Source: Spirochaetia bacterium (GTDB taxonomy: Bacteria; Spirochaetota; Spirochaetia; SZUA-6; Bin103). From it: 64,000 bases of DNA. The stretch spans positions 672,001-736,000 of the forward strand of contig OZ241907.1 of assembly GCA_965203515.1 (NCBI GenBank), given 5' to 3'. Shown here one piece after another: positions 45,481-54,335 of the stretch. Under the pieces are notes generated by a model. The model did not search any database, was not told where the DNA came from, and saw only the letters and a list, made by a program, of their open reading frames with translations. The first letter of the stretch is position 1. Every line of letters starts with the position of its first letter. Made by a program: the position numbers and the translations under genes.

Positions 45481-46335
45481 ATGGACTCGCCAACGTTCCC
45501 GGCCGGTCGTCCCGCGTCTGATCCGCATGCCGCCGAGCGCGCCGCGCGGCCGGCGCCGGACCGGTTCGCCGGTCCCGACCTGACTCCGTCGTACCGGCCC
45601 GCGCGGCCGTTGGCGACGCCTGCCGCCCCGGTCAGCGCCGCGGCGCCGGCGCCCGCCTTCGACCTCGAATCCCTGGTGACGGAGGACGATACGCCGGTGG
45701 ACAACATGCCCTCCGAGAAGCAGCAGCGCCTGCTCACCGAGCCGTTGTACAGTTCCTGGGCCGGCCCCGGCTCCGGGCGTCCGTTTCTGGCCGCCGCCAA
45801 CGTGGGCGTGTTCCCCGAACCGCGCAATCCGGCGATCGTGCCGGACGTGTTCCTGAGCCTGGACGTGCAGGTGAACCCGGACTGGTGGGACACGAGGCAC
45901 CGCTCCTACTTCGTGTGGGAGTTCGGCAAGGCGCCGGACCTGGTGGTGGAAGTCGTGTCGAACCAGAAAGGGAACGAGGTCGGCGGGAAGCGGCTGCGCT
46001 ACGCGCGGATGGGGGTCGGGTACTACGTGATTCAGGATCTGTTTCATCGGGTGATGCGCGATGACCTGCGCGTCTACCGGTTGAGCGGCCGCAGATACGT
46101 GCGTCAGGGGCGGCCCTGGTTCCCGGAGCTGGGGCTGGGGATGACGCTGTGGGAGGGGTTGTTCGAGGGCGTGCGCAGCCGGTGGCTGCGCTGGACGGAC
46201 GCGCATGGCGAGTTGATCCCCACGGGCAAGGAAGCGGCCGAGCGGGAACGGCGTCGCGCGGAGCAGGAACGGCGTCGCGCCGACCGGCTGGAGGCGTTGC
46301 TGCGCCGGGCGGGCATCGACCCGGAGCAGGAGTGA
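45481..46335 (+). CDS. Uma2 (DUF820) family endonuclease-like protein
   Basis: 'LVTEDDTPVDN', 'VPDVFLSL', 'WEFGKAPDLVVEVVS' and 'WLRW'; 21-bp repeat in the tail. Confidence 0.88.
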   Translation: MDSPTFPAGRPASDPHAAERAARPAPDRFAGPDLTPSYRPARPLATPAAPVSAAAPAPAFDLESLVTEDDTPVDNMPSEKQQRLLTEPLYSSWAGPGSGRPFLAAANVGVFPEPRNPAIVPDVFLSLDVQVNPDWWDTRHRSYFVWEFGKAPDLVVEVVSNQKGNEVGGKRLRYARMGVGYYVIQDLFHRVMRDDLRVYRLSGRRYVRQGRPWFPELGLGMTLWEGLFEGVRSRWLRWTDAHGELIPTGKEAAERERRRAEQERRRADRLEALLRRAGIDPEQE

Positions 46336-46460
46336 GCGCGCGCCCGCCCGGGGCGCGCCGCGGCCATCCGCCGTCACAGGTAGCGGTTGCCGCGGCAATG
46401 CGCCGCCTTGACTGCCGCGTGTTTCACGGAGCACACTTCATGACAATCGAGGTGTGTGCA

Positions 46461-46928
46461 ATGCACGGGGATGTCGAGTTCTTCGTTGACGGCCGTCCCG
46501 TTACCGTCGCCGGCGGCAGTCTGAGCGTACGCGAGTTGCTGAAAATGTCGGACAAGCCGGTAGACGGGGACTATGTCGTCTCCAGAGACGGAATCGAGTA
46601 TGACGATCCGGACCAGTCGATCGACGTCCGTTCCGGTGACAAGATCGAAATACGAAGAAAGCCGGATCGGACCTCGGGTGCTCCACATGAAGTTCACTAC
46701 AAGGTGAATGGCGAGGATCAAGTCACTACGGAGAATCCGCTCACCGCGGAGGAGATCGTGCGGCGGGCCGGTAATCCAGCCGCCATCGACGTCGACGACC
46801 TTGGCAGTTATCTCCTTGAACGTGTCGATGGAACGAAGTACGATCGGCCGGCCGACGTAACTATCCGTGACGGCGACGAGTTTCTCGCCATCCATCGAGG
46901 TCCTACCCCCGTCGCATGGGCGCCGTAG
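46461..46928 (+). CDS. Multi-ubiquitin domain protein with two beta-grasp domains (BubA-like)
   Basis: ATG after GAGGTG; two units 'FFVDG...LSVRELL...IDVRSGDKI' and 'YKVNG...LTAEEIV...VTIRDGDEF'; ends HRG-PTPVAWAP. Confidence 0.75.
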   Translation: MHGDVEFFVDGRPVTVAGGSLSVRELLKMSDKPVDGDYVVSRDGIEYDDPDQSIDVRSGDKIEIRRKPDRTSGAPHEVHYKVNGEDQVTTENPLTAEEIVRRAGNPAAIDVDDLGSYLLERVDGTKYDRPADVTIRDGDEFLAIHRGPTPVAWAP

Positions 46929-47296
46929 ACGTCGTCGAACGCGAACTTCGTGATCTGGATTATCGTCCGGAAGTCGTCGATTTCCCTGGTTTCAATTTTG
47001 GAAGGGTCGTAATATTCGACTACTCCGTCACTACCGGCCGCTATCGAGGCCGCACGTTCAGAGTAGGCATCGGGTTCCAGGAGGAGGGATACCCGGAATA
47101 TCCGCCGCACTTCGTTCTGGTCGCTGATCTCCCACATGCTCACCTAACCAAGCACTCCACGCACCAGCTCGACGGCCAAGTGTGGTCGGTGTTCAGCGTA
47201 CCCCCTGGCGATTTCTGGGACAAGTTGGCCTCGGCAGACAAGAACCTGAAGACGTACGTTCGCCGGCACCTGATGCGGGTCTGGCGCGAGTTGTGA
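46916..47296 (+). CDS. Prokaryotic E2-like protein without cysteine (BubB-like)
   Basis: 'FDYSVTTGRYRG', 'YPEYPPHF' and 'WSVFS'; lies between the Ubl and E1 genes. Confidence 0.7.
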   Translation: MGAVDVVERELRDLDYRPEVVDFPGFNFGRVVIFDYSVTTGRYRGRTFRVGIGFQEEGYPEYPPHFVLVADLPHAHLTKHSTHQLDGQVWSVFSVPPGDFWDKLASADKNLKTYVRRHLMRVWREL

Positions 47297-48762
47297 GGTA
47301 CGACGCGGTTCTGACCGATGCCGCGCATCAGCAGGCGTCCGCATTGTTACTCCGGCACGTTCGAGAGGGGCGCCGCCAGGAAGACCTGTGCTTCGCTCTG
47401 TGGCGGCCCGGCACCGGGGTCGAGCGGCGATCCGCGCTCGTCTTCGCGATCATTCCTCCCGGCGACGGAGAACGGCTGCTGCATCGCGGAGCCAGCTTCC
47501 AGCCGGCCTATCTTGCCCGGTCGATCCGACTTGCCCTGCAGAGCCGATGCGGTCTTGCGTTCATGCACAGTCATCTGTCGCCGGGCTGGCAGGGCATGAG
47601 CGCAGTCGACGTGGTCGCGGAACGCGATCGCATCGCCCCGCCGGCCCGTGCGACCGGGCTTCCGCTCGTCGGCCTGACACTGGGAACCGATGGGAGTTGG
47701 AGCGCGCGGTTCTGGCTTCGCGGCAAGGACGAATTTCAGCGGCGGCGGTGCGAGAAAGTGCGCGTGGCCGGCGGCGGCCTGCGCCTTACCTGGGACGACA
47801 AGATCCGTCCGCCGCCGGAACGGCGGCCAATGCTGCGGCGTACCATCGACACCTGGGGGGCGAGGGCGCAGCAGGACCTCGCGCGCGTGCGGGTTGGCAT
47901 CGTCGGTCTGGGCAGCGTCGGCTGCATGGTCGCTGAAGCGCTGGCGCGCATCGGCGTTTCCCGGGTGGTGCTCATCGACGCGGACCGGGTCGAGGAGCAC
48001 AACCTGGACCGATTGTTGTACGCCGGCCTCGATGATGTCGGAATCCACAAGGTAGAGCTGGTCGCGCGGCACCTCAAGCGGTCGGCGACGGCAGCGGATT
48101 TCCGGGTCGACGCGCGGATCGGCTGGATTCAGGAACGCCCCCACTTCCTTGCGGCGCTCGATTGCGATATTCTCTTTGCCGCGGTCGACCGCCCGCTGCC
48201 CAAGGACGTGCTGAACCACATCGCCTACGCGCACTGCATCCCGGTCGTGTTCGGCGGTATCTTCGTCGCTCGGAAGGCCGGCGGCCGTCTTGGTCAGGCT
48301 GCGTGGAGCGCGGTCGTCGCGGGCCCCGGCCACCGCTGTCTGCGTTGCGATGGACAATACACCTCGTCGGACGTGGTGATGGAGCGCGACGGCTCGCTGG
48401 ACGATCCGTCCTATGTTCACGGAGATCGGCACAGCGACCGGGGGCGGCGCAATGAGAACGTGTTCCCCTTCAGCGCCAACGTGGCGAGTTACATGGTCCT
48501 GGAGATGATCCGGCAGATCGTGCGGGAGGATTGGTGGCCGGCCACCACCAAACTCCATTACAGCTTCGTCCCCAACCGATTGTCGACCGCGCACGAACGC
48601 TGCCGCCCGCACTGCTCGTTCGAGCGAATCACCGCGGCCGGAGATTCCGCTCCGTACCCGTTCATCGTCGATCCGGCCCGCCGGGAACGGCTGCCACGGA
48701 AATACGGCCTCCTCATTATTATGAGGTGCGTGAAATGGATCAGGAGGATGGTCGGTAGATGA
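47293..48762 (+). CDS. JAB/MPN-like peptidase fused to a ThiF/E1 adenylation domain (BubCD-like)
   Basis: GTGA overlap; 'QE...FMHSH...MSAVD'; 'GLGSVG', 'DADRVEEHNLDRL', 'AVDRP', 'CLRC' and 'CRPHC'. Confidence 0.85.
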   Translation: MRYDAVLTDAAHQQASALLLRHVREGRRQEDLCFALWRPGTGVERRSALVFAIIPPGDGERLLHRGASFQPAYLARSIRLALQSRCGLAFMHSHLSPGWQGMSAVDVVAERDRIAPPARATGLPLVGLTLGTDGSWSARFWLRGKDEFQRRRCEKVRVAGGGLRLTWDDKIRPPPERRPMLRRTIDTWGARAQQDLARVRVGIVGLGSVGCMVAEALARIGVSRVVLIDADRVEEHNLDRLLYAGLDDVGIHKVELVARHLKRSATAADFRVDARIGWIQERPHFLAALDCDILFAAVDRPLPKDVLNHIAYAHCIPVVFGGIFVARKAGGRLGQAAWSAVVAGPGHRCLRCDGQYTSSDVVMERDGSLDDPSYVHGDRHSDRGRRNENVFPFSANVASYMVLEMIRQIVREDWWPATTKLHYSFVPNRLSTAHERCRPHCSFERITAAGDSAPYPFIVDPARRERLPRKYGLLIIMRCVKWIRRMVGR

Positions 48763-50003
48763 GCAAGATAATACGGCTGTCGCTGCAGAACGTCAGATGC
48801 CTCGGCGATACCCAGTCGGTCGATATGGGAAAGATAACGCTGCTGGTCGGCGAGAACAGCACCGGCAAATCGACGTTTCTCGGGTGCTGCAATGCATTCT
48901 CCCGTCTGGCGAGTCTCCGCGACTTGCGGGACCCGGGTCCGGGAACCTCGAACTGCTTTGATGAGAAGCCCTTTTCGATGGGTGGATTCGGGACTATCGC
49001 ACGGCATGGATCCGATGCCTTTTCGCTCGAAGGGTCGTTCCACGAGCATTGCCATACCATGATCGGGTTCACGTTCTCAGCGGATCGCAGCGGGCACCCA
49101 TCCGAGTCTCGGTTTCGTGTAGAACTTCCGCCCATCAACGATGTGGAGAGCCACCTCTTGGTGACGCGCGTTCCCGATTCCCCGGAGACGTGGCGGTTCG
49201 ATGGCAATGGGTTTCACATCGATATTCCGCAACATGCCTTCTCCTACAGACAGTTCTCGACCTGGCTTTCAATGGCGATACGGCACGGCTCCATGCCGTA
49301 TGCCGGACAAAGTAACGCCTACCGGAGGAAAGCCGGCAAGTCCTCGGCCGCCTTCGCCAGGCTCATCAACTTCCTGCAGAAGATGCCGCTTCCCCGGGAG
49401 TCGCTGCCGGTGTATGCGGTCCCTCCCGGTATCGTCTGGCGTCGACGGGTATTCCCGTCCGATCCGATGCCGAACTGGGATGACGAGCTCCGCGAGTTCC
49501 TCTCTGAAGAAGGGCGGAATCTCGGCTTGTTTTCGGACATAAAGGTGGGATCGGACGGTCAGCATGAAATACATGTGGAACAGAGCGGTCGATGGCACAA
49601 TATCGTCGACACCGGTTTCGGTGTGTCCAGCATCCTGCCGCTGCTTCATGCCATGTATCGGCAACAAGAAGGCGCCACGTTCTTGTTGCAGCAACCGGAG
49701 GTCAATGTACATCCCTCCGCACAGGCTCGACTGGCGCAGATGATGGCGGAATCGCCTCATCGTTTCGTGATCGAGACGCACAGCGATCACCTGATAGATC
49801 GATTTCGCATCTGCGTCATGGAGAAGGTGCTGGCCCCGGACGAGCTCCGAATCGCTTACTTCCAGCGAGAACCGGAGCGTGAAGGGGCCGTGATCTACAA
49901 CATTTCGGTAGACGAAGCCGGAAATCTCGATGGCGCTCCGGCAGGGTATCGCAAGTTCTTCTTAGATGAGACCGACCGTCTGTTGGGCTTCGGTAGTCGT
50001 TAG
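48759..50003 (+). CDS. ABC-type AAA ATPase (DUF3696-like C-terminus)
   Basis: ATGA overlap; 'GENSTGKST', 'GFGVSSILP', 'LLQQPEVNVHP', 'IETHSDH' and 'GNL...P.G..FF'. Confidence 0.85.
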   Translation: MSKIIRLSLQNVRCLGDTQSVDMGKITLLVGENSTGKSTFLGCCNAFSRLASLRDLRDPGPGTSNCFDEKPFSMGGFGTIARHGSDAFSLEGSFHEHCHTMIGFTFSADRSGHPSESRFRVELPPINDVESHLLVTRVPDSPETWRFDGNGFHIDIPQHAFSYRQFSTWLSMAIRHGSMPYAGQSNAYRRKAGKSSAAFARLINFLQKMPLPRESLPVYAVPPGIVWRRRVFPSDPMPNWDDELREFLSEEGRNLGLFSDIKVGSDGQHEIHVEQSGRWHNIVDTGFGVSSILPLLHAMYRQQEGATFLLQQPEVNVHPSAQARLAQMMAESPHRFVIETHSDHLIDRFRICVMEKVLAPDELRIAYFQREPEREGAVIYNISVDEAGNLDGAPAGYRKFFLDETDRLLGFGSR

Positions 50004-50017
50004 CATCGTCAGCGGAC

Positions 50018-50488
50018 ATGTGTACCCATACCATCATCGATGCAAGTGTGTGCGGAAAGATCGGTACTGCTCAAATGCAGCCATTGCTGGGCTGGATAAA
50101 GCGCGGACACGGCATTCTGGTATACACAGACGGCGGAAGATATGACAAGGAGCTGCATAACAAAGCCTGTAAGAAAGCCTATGATCTATTCATGTCATAC
50201 CGGCGGAGTGGCCAAGCACGGCTGTTCAGGTGGAATCAGGTAGGGACGCAGGAATCGGAGCTTGACAGCGCCACGCTTCGTTCCAACGATCCTCATATCA
50301 TCGCGCTGGCGCGGGCGAGCGATACCTTGGTACTCTGTACGTGCGATGGTGACTTGCAGAAAGACTTCCTGAATCGAGAATTGCTGCCGCACGTGAACCG
50401 GAGACGGCGAGCGGTGTATCCGTTACGAATCACCAGGAAGAGGCAACAGGATTTTCTCAGATCGCGCGAATGCCCGCGTCACAGGTAG
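50018..50488 (+). CDS. PIN-domain-like protein
   Basis: 'IIDASV', '[10 protein letters not shown]' and 'LCTCDGDL' acidic pattern; its stop lies within the right 18-bp repeat. Confidence 0.65.
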   Translation: MCTHTIIDASVCGKIGTAQMQPLLGWIKRGHGILVYTDGGRYDKELHNKACKKAYDLFMSYRRSGQARLFRWNQVGTQESELDSATLRSNDPHIIALARASDTLVLCTCDGDLQKDFLNRELLPHVNRRRRAVYPLRITRKRQQDFLRSRECPRHR

Positions 50489-51789
50489 CGGTTGAAGAGG
50501 TGCTCCAGCATCTCCTGCCGGCCGCTTGAGTTGGGCGCGATTCGGCCTTTCTCCAACATATACGCTTCGAGTGACGCGAAATCCGCCTCGCCCGATTCGA
50601 TGCGCGCGCCGATGCCGGAGTCCCAGCTCCGGTAGCGCTCCTCGACGAACGACCGCAGCTCGCCGTCGGCGCGAATCGCCGCGGCGATCTTCAGCCCGCG
50701 CGCGAACGCGTCCATGCCGCCGACGTGGGCGTGGAACAGGTCGATCGGCTCGAAGCTCTCGCGCCGCACCTTGGCGTCGAAATTGATGCCGCCGGGCGCG
50801 ATGCCGCCGTAGCGCAGCAGGGTCAGCATGACCTGCGCGGTCAGGTAGACGCTGGTCGGAAACTGGTCGGTGTCCCATCCCAGCAGCAGGTCGCCGGTGT
50901 TGGCGTCGATCGAGCCGAGCAGCCCCTGATGGGCGGCGTACTCCAGCTCGTGCGCCATCTCGTGACCGGCAAGCGTGGCGTGGTTGGTCTCGATATTGAG
51001 CTTGAAGCGCTCGGTCAGTCCGTAGGCGCGCAGGAAGTTGATGCAGGCGGCGGCGTCGGAGTCGTATTGGTGCTTGGTCGGCTCCTTGGGCTTCGGTTCG
51101 ATCAGCAGCGTACCGGTGAAGCCGATGCGGTCAGCGTGGTCGGCCGCCATGCGCAGGAACCGGCCCAGGTGGTCCAGATCGCGCTTCATGTCGGTGTTCA
51201 GCAGGGTCTGATACCCCTCCCGACCTCCCCAGAACACGTAATTCTGGCCGCCCAGTTCGCGCGTAACCTCCATGCACTTCTTGACCTGCGCGGCGGCAAA
51301 GGCGAACGCGTCGGCGTTGCAGCTGGTCGCGGCGCCATGCACGTAGCGCGGATGGCTGAACAGGTTGGCGGTGCCCCACAGCAGGCGGATGCCGGTCCGT
51401 GCCTGCTCCGCCTTGAGGGCGTCGACTACCGCGTCGAGATTGCGGTTGGTCTGGCGCAGCGATGCTCCCTCGGGCGCGACGTCGCGGTCGTGAAAGGCGT
51501 ACCACGGCGTGCCCAGCTTGGCCATGAACTCGAACGCCGCGTGCACCCGCTCGCGGGCGTTCTCGACCGAATCGCTGCCGTCGTCCCACGGCCGCTGCAG
51601 GGTGGGCGCTCCGAACGGGTCCGCGCCGGTCGCGCGAAAGGTGTGCCAGTAGACGGTGCTGAACCGCAGGTGCTCGCGCATGGTGCGCCCCTCCACCACC
51701 TCGTCCGCGTCGTACCAGCGGAACGCCAGCGGGTTCTTCGAGTCGGGGCCCTCGTAGGGGATGCGCTGCACGTCGGGAAATCGGTACAT
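50479..51789 (-). CDS. xylA: Xylose isomerase (class II)
   Basis: 'YWHTF', 'FHDRD', 'FWGGREGY', '[14 protein letters not shown]', '[12 protein letters not shown]' and 'GWDTDQFP'. Confidence 0.98.
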   Translation of the reverse strand: MYRFPDVQRIPYEGPDSKNPLAFRWYDADEVVEGRTMREHLRFSTVYWHTFRATGADPFGAPTLQRPWDDGSDSVENARERVHAAFEFMAKLGTPWYAFHDRDVAPEGASLRQTNRNLDAVVDALKAEQARTGIRLLWGTANLFSHPRYVHGAATSCNADAFAFAAAQVKKCMEVTRELGGQNYVFWGGREGYQTLLNTDMKRDLDHLGRFLRMAADHADRIGFTGTLLIEPKPKEPTKHQYDSDAAACINFLRAYGLTERFKLNIETNHATLAGHEMAHELEYAAHQGLLGSIDANTGDLLLGWDTDQFPTSVYLTAQVMLTLLRYGGIAPGGINFDAKVRRESFEPIDLFHAHVGGMDAFARGLKIAAAIRADGELRSFVEERYRSWDSGIGARIESGEADFASLEAYMLEKGRIAPNSSGRQEMLEHLFNRYL

Positions 51790-51868
51790 GCCGTGACGGT
51801 AGCATCATCGGCGGCGGTCCGGCTCGGTCGCATGCGGACCGGAGTCGCGCCGTGCTACGGTTGCCGCC

Positions 51869-52729
51869 ATGGCGGCAGCGCAGGCGGCGGTCGCACCGGA
51901 GTCCGGGCGGGCCGATCTCTACCGTTACGACGGTCTGGCGGACGGCGTGACGGGGTTCGAAGCGGTGACCGATGCCGAGGTGTCCCGCTTCCGGGAGCAG
52001 GGCTGGCTGGTCGTGCACCGGGCGTTCGGCGCCGGCCGGGTGCGGGACGCGTTGGACGGACTGCTCGATCTGCTGGCGGCAAGTCGGCCGGCATCCGGCG
52101 CCGACCGGTACGTGGAATACGAGCCGAGCGTGGACGCCGCCGCGCTCGACGGCATGGCCGCGCAGGAACGGCAGGACTACGTGCGCAAGTTCATGTGGTT
52201 CGTGGAGCGCGACGAGCGGCTGCGGTCGCTGGCGGCGGACGCCGGACTGATCGACACCGTGCGCCGCCTGATCGGCGCCGAGCCGGTGCTGTTTCAGGAC
52301 ATGGCGCTGCTCAAGCCGCCCCGCATCGGCCGGGAAAAGCCGTGGCACCAGGACCATGCCTACTTCGACCTGCCGCTGCGGACGAAGGTGGTGGGCGTCT
52401 GGATCGCCCTGGATCCGGCCACCACCGACAACGGCTGCATGCTCGTCAAGCCGGGCTCGAACCGCCGCGGGCCGGTGGTCCACTTCCAGCGCCGCGACTG
52501 GCAGATCTGCGACGACCACGTGAATCCGCACGGGTCGCTGGCCGTGCCGCTGGAGCCGGGCGGCTGCCTGTTCTTCTCCAGCCTGACCCAGCACGGCACC
52601 GCGCCCAACCGGACCGATCGGCGGCGCCGGGCGGTGCAGTTCCACTACCGGCCCGCCTCCGCGCAGCCGGTCAGCCCGGAGGCTCGCATGGCCGTGTTCG
52701 GCGCGGCCGGACGCAACGTGAGCTGCTAG
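51869..52729 (+). CDS. Phytanoyl-CoA dioxygenase (PhyH) family Fe/2OG oxygenase
   Basis: 'KPWHQD', 'WIALD...NGCM' and 'HGTAPNRT...RRA'. Confidence 0.9.
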   Translation: MAAAQAAVAPESGRADLYRYDGLADGVTGFEAVTDAEVSRFREQGWLVVHRAFGAGRVRDALDGLLDLLAASRPASGADRYVEYEPSVDAAALDGMAAQERQDYVRKFMWFVERDERLRSLAADAGLIDTVRRLIGAEPVLFQDMALLKPPRIGREKPWHQDHAYFDLPLRTKVVGVWIALDPATTDNGCMLVKPGSNRRGPVVHFQRRDWQICDDHVNPHGSLAVPLEPGGCLFFSSLTQHGTAPNRTDRRRRAVQFHYRPASAQPVSPEARMAVFGAAGRNVSC

Positions 52730-54335
52730 CCGGCGGCTACATGCCCCACACGTCGACGGTGACGGCGCCGGCTGACTCCCGGCGGTGGAACAGCTTCTCT
52801 TCCCAGCTCCGGTCTTCGCGGCGATCGAATATCACCAAGTGCCCGGCCGCCGCTCCACAGCGGTCGACGTAGCCTGCCGTCTGCTCCACGCCTTCGACGA
52901 TCGTCCGATCGAGGCTCCCGTATCGCACATTGCACTCGATCACGTACCGCTCCGCGCCATCCCCTTCGCCGCCCTGCGGCCACGTGACCAGCAGGTCGGT
53001 GCGTCCGCGCCCCAGACCATATTCCCGATCGATTTGCCCGCCTCCGTTCACGATCCGCTGCAGGAATGCCTGCAGCAGCAACTGCGGCCATGCCTCCTGG
53101 TACTCGAACCGCTGCCGCCAATGCTCGGAGTGCTCGCGGAAGAATTGCTGGAAGCTCGCCATCAACGTACCCACGTCCAGGCTGCCGGACTCGGTCACGT
53201 ACCACGCAGCTTCCTGCGTGAGCTCCTCCTGCGTGATCCAGGTCAGCTCCCGCGGCACCACTTCGCGATAGATCGGGTTGGCGATTCGCACGGGCGGGTC
53301 GCGCGCCACCAGGCCCAGGTCCCGCGCGTATTCCAGATCGCGGGCGGTGGCGTTCCCGGCGCTGGTGCGCGCGCCGGCGCCGCTCAACAGCGGCTCCACT
53401 ATGCGCCGCACCCGCTCGTCCCGGAGCCGGTCGGCCAAGTGGTCAAGGTGCGTCTCGCGGCGCAGGATGAGCTGCTCCTGAGCATCGAGCACGTCGGCCG
53501 CGGTGATCGGCCGACCGCGGTCGCGGCCGGCCCTGTTGCGGAAGCACGTATCGTAGGCGAGCGAATTCACCAGCCACGGTTGGCCGCAGGTCCGCGCCCA
53601 CACCGTGTCCAGCGCCTCCGGCGTGAACGCCTGTCCGGTCTCCTCCGTGTGCATGCCCAGCAGCGCTCGGACGTCCTGTTCCGAGAAGTCGCCCAGCCGG
53701 AGCGACTCCGCTTTGATGTTGAAGGGGCTGGCGCTCGGCGATCCGGTGCGGTAATCGCGTACGTCGCGCACCCCGCACAGGATCACGCTCTGCGGGAAAT
53801 TCCTCGGCCGCAGTACGTAGCCCGCCCGAAGCTGGCGCAGCATCGACACCAGCGAGTTCCCTTCCAGCGCGTCGACTTCGTCGATCAGCAGCACCAGCGG
53901 CTTCGGATCCGACTCCGTCCAGCGGGTCAACGCCTCCGTCAGGGCGCCGGGACCGAACTCGTCGAAGATGCGCGGCCAGCTGCGGGCCAGAAACTCATCG
54001 CCCAACGTCGCGCGAGCGAATACGGCGAGTTGGCCCAGGATGACGCGAGTCGCCTGCTCCACGTTTTCGCGCATCGCCTGGGCGCCTTCGACGTCGACGT
54101 ATACGCAGCGGTAGTCGCCCTCGGCGCCGCTGTTCAGCAGGTCGCGCAGCGCCAGTAGTGCCGAGGTCTTGCCGGTCTGCCGCGGCGCGTGCAGCACGAA
54201 GTACTTCTGCTGCCGGATGAGCATCAGCACCGCGTCCAGGTCGAGGCGTTCCAGGGGCGGGATGCAGTAGTGGTCGGCAGCCACCACGGGGCCGCTCGTG
54301 TTGAAGAAGCGCATGGTGAGCCGCGCCGGCGGCTA
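52729..54335. repeat. 11-bp direct repeat GCCGGCGGCTA flanking the AAA gene
   Basis: Copies at 52729-52739 and 54325-54335, each containing a minus-strand TAG stop. Confidence 0.55.
52737..54314 (-). CDS. AAA ATPase with a C-terminal PD-(D/E)XK-like domain
   Basis: 'MRFFNTSGP', 'APRQTGKTS', 'LLIDEVD', 'GQPWLVN', 'ANPIYRE' and 'REYGLGRGRTDL...VIECN'. Confidence 0.85.
   Translation of the reverse strand: MRFFNTSGPVVAADHYCIPPLERLDLDAVLMLIRQQKYFVLHAPRQTGKTSALLALRDLLNSGAEGDYRCVYVDVEGAQAMRENVEQATRVILGQLAVFARATLGDEFLARSWPRIFDEFGPGALTEALTRWTESDPKPLVLLIDEVDALEGNSLVSMLRQLRAGYVLRPRNFPQSVILCGVRDVRDYRTGSPSASPFNIKAESLRLGDFSEQDVRALLGMHTEETGQAFTPEALDTVWARTCGQPWLVNSLAYDTCFRNRAGRDRGRPITAADVLDAQEQLILRRETHLDHLADRLRDERVRRIVEPLLSGAGARTSAGNATARDLEYARDLGLVARDPPVRIANPIYREVVPRELTWITQEELTQEAAWYVTESGSLDVGTLMASFQQFFREHSEHWRQRFEYQEAWPQLLLQAFLQRIVNGGGQIDREYGLGRGRTDLLVTWPQGGEGDGAERYVIECNVRYGSLDRTIVEGVEQTAGYVDRCGAAAGHLVIFDRREDRSWEEKLFHRRESAGAVTVDVWGM

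Larger units (their letters stand above)
46372..50494 (+). mobile_element. Repeat-bounded ubiquitin-like/ATPase/PIN island at the xylA 3' end, no integrase
   Basis: Perfect 18-bp repeat CGTCACAGGTAGCGGTTG at 46372-46389 and 50477-50494; interior is visibly less GC-rich. Confidence 0.75.

Noticed and set aside
42415..48705. Shared 13-mer GCCACGGAAATAC (near 42415 and 48693)
   Set aside because: Not at paired boundaries; a match this short is plausible by chance
47293..48762. ThiF gene as a thiamine/molybdopterin or NHLP maturation enzyme
   Set aside because: It is JAB-fused and coupled to Ubl and E2 genes in a separate repeat-bounded island; no YcaO or ThiS context
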